Source of the DNA: Octopus bimaculoides
Lineage: Eukaryota
Assembly (NCBI RefSeq): GCF_001194135.2
Contig: NC_068998.1
Span: 8,813,240 to 8,850,585 of the forward strand
Length of the DNA: 37,346 nucleotides
Direction of reading: 5' to 3'
Positions 36,386-37,346 of the stretch are shown one piece after another. Under the pieces are notes generated by a model that did not search any database, was not told the DNA's origin, and saw only the letters and a list, made by a program, of their open reading frames with translations. Numbering within the stretch: the first letter of the stretch is position 1; every line of letters begins with the position of its first letter. A program made the translations under genes and the position numbers.

Positions 36386-36671
36386 NNNNNNNNNNNNNNN
36401 NNNNNNNNNNNNNNNNNNNNNNNNNNNNNNNNNNNNNNNNNNNNNNNNNNNNNNNNNNNNNNNNNNNNNNNNNNNNNNNNNNNNNNNNNNNNNNNNNNNN
36501 NNNNNNNNNNNNNNNNNNNNNNNNNNNNNNNNNNNNNNNNNNNNNNNNNNNNNNNNNNNNNNNNNNNNNNNNNNNNNNNNNNNNNNNNNNNNNNNNNNNN
36601 NNNNNNNNNNNNNNNNNNNNNNNNNNNNNNNNNNNNNNNNNNNNNNNNNNNNNNNNNNNNNNNNNNNNNNN

Positions 36672-36712
<41 letters not shown>

Positions 36713-36996
36713 GGTGAGTGGGTATAAAAAAGTATAACAAGAAGTGTAACAACTGCAGACGACGGACAGAAACAAGATACGGTTTGCAGTTATTTTTAAT
36801 TTTCATGTCTGATCTATGTGACATTAAAGTGACAAAGTTGACAGAAAGCTTTCATAAATTTCAAAATGCCTTATAAACCCTTCAAATCGACGACCGGCAA
36901 ATCTGTCGGAATCTTTTCTAACGTTTGCCTATCTCCCGGATCTATGATTGATGGACTTCAAACTACTACTACTGCTACTGCCACTGCTGCTGCTAC

Positions 36997-36997
<1 letters not shown>

Positions 36998-37029
<32 letters not shown>

Positions 37030-37346
37030 CATTATTATTGTTCAGTAGTTTTATTTTTATAACGTGCTTTCAGTTCACTACCGAGCGCAGCTCTGTGCGC
37101 CTTGGGTATGTGCTGTGGTTTGCTGTGGTGCTCTTATGTTTACTGTATTGAAAGTGTTTTGCGTAGGATGTGTGCAGTGCCCAGTAGTGCAATTTTCTGT
37201 ATGTTATATATATTTGTAAGTCCTGGTGTTTTTGTTACGTATTTGCCTGAATATTCTTTTATTATACCTAAGGCACCTACTATGATAGGAATTGTTTCTG
37301 TTTTTAGATTCCACATTCGAGTTACCTCTATTTCCAGGTCTTTGTA
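36998..37346 (-). mobile_element. 3' end of an R4/Dong-like LINE (RLE C-terminus, 3' UTR, (TAA)n tail), running off the window end
   Basis: Reverse complement 37346->37140 is an uninterrupted 69-codon frame: YKDLEIEVTRMWNLKTETIPIIVGALGIIKEYSGKYVTKTPGLTNIYNIQKIALLGTAHILRKTLSIQ*. It is followed by a ~95-nt UTR and (TAA)n at ~36998-37040. Confidence 0.9.

Noticed and set aside
37074-37105. Strong + strand exon-like segment (..tttcAG|32 nt|GTATGT)
   Set aside because: It lies in the antisense 3' UTR of the R4 LINE, so the sites are probably repeat-encoded; it also illustrates the background rate of splice-like signals.

Overview
AT-rich, microsatellite-saturated eukaryotic genomic DNA from a draft assembly. 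Nine N-gaps cover about 4.0 kb (about 11%) and almost all abut (TA)n or (TG)n. The repeat families (abundant tRNA-derived SINEs of at least three types, CA/TA/CT/TATG/GAT microsatellites) match what I recall of an Octopus genome; this is inference, not a database result. No protein-coding gene can be named, and nearly all ORFs in the supplied track are translated microsatellites or N-gaps. Well supported: three decayed fragments of restriction-like-endonuclease (RLE) non-LTR retrotransposons (one HERO-like, two R4/Dong-like), about 20 SINE copies, a hAT/Charlie-type MITE with a TSD nested inside a SINE, a 250-bp palindromic foldback element and several local tandem duplications. Plausible but unproven: a promoter near 4500 with two inverted YY1 motifs, followed by ATG-initiated mini-exons and phase-compatible micro-exon candidates on +; an opposing set of non-coding exon candidates on -; and two hammerhead-ribozyme-like relics, one inside a 355-bp tandem unit (retrozyme-like). 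Splice-site candidates occur at similar density on both strands, so all exon calls are low confidence. No rRNA, true tRNA or CRISPR features were seen.
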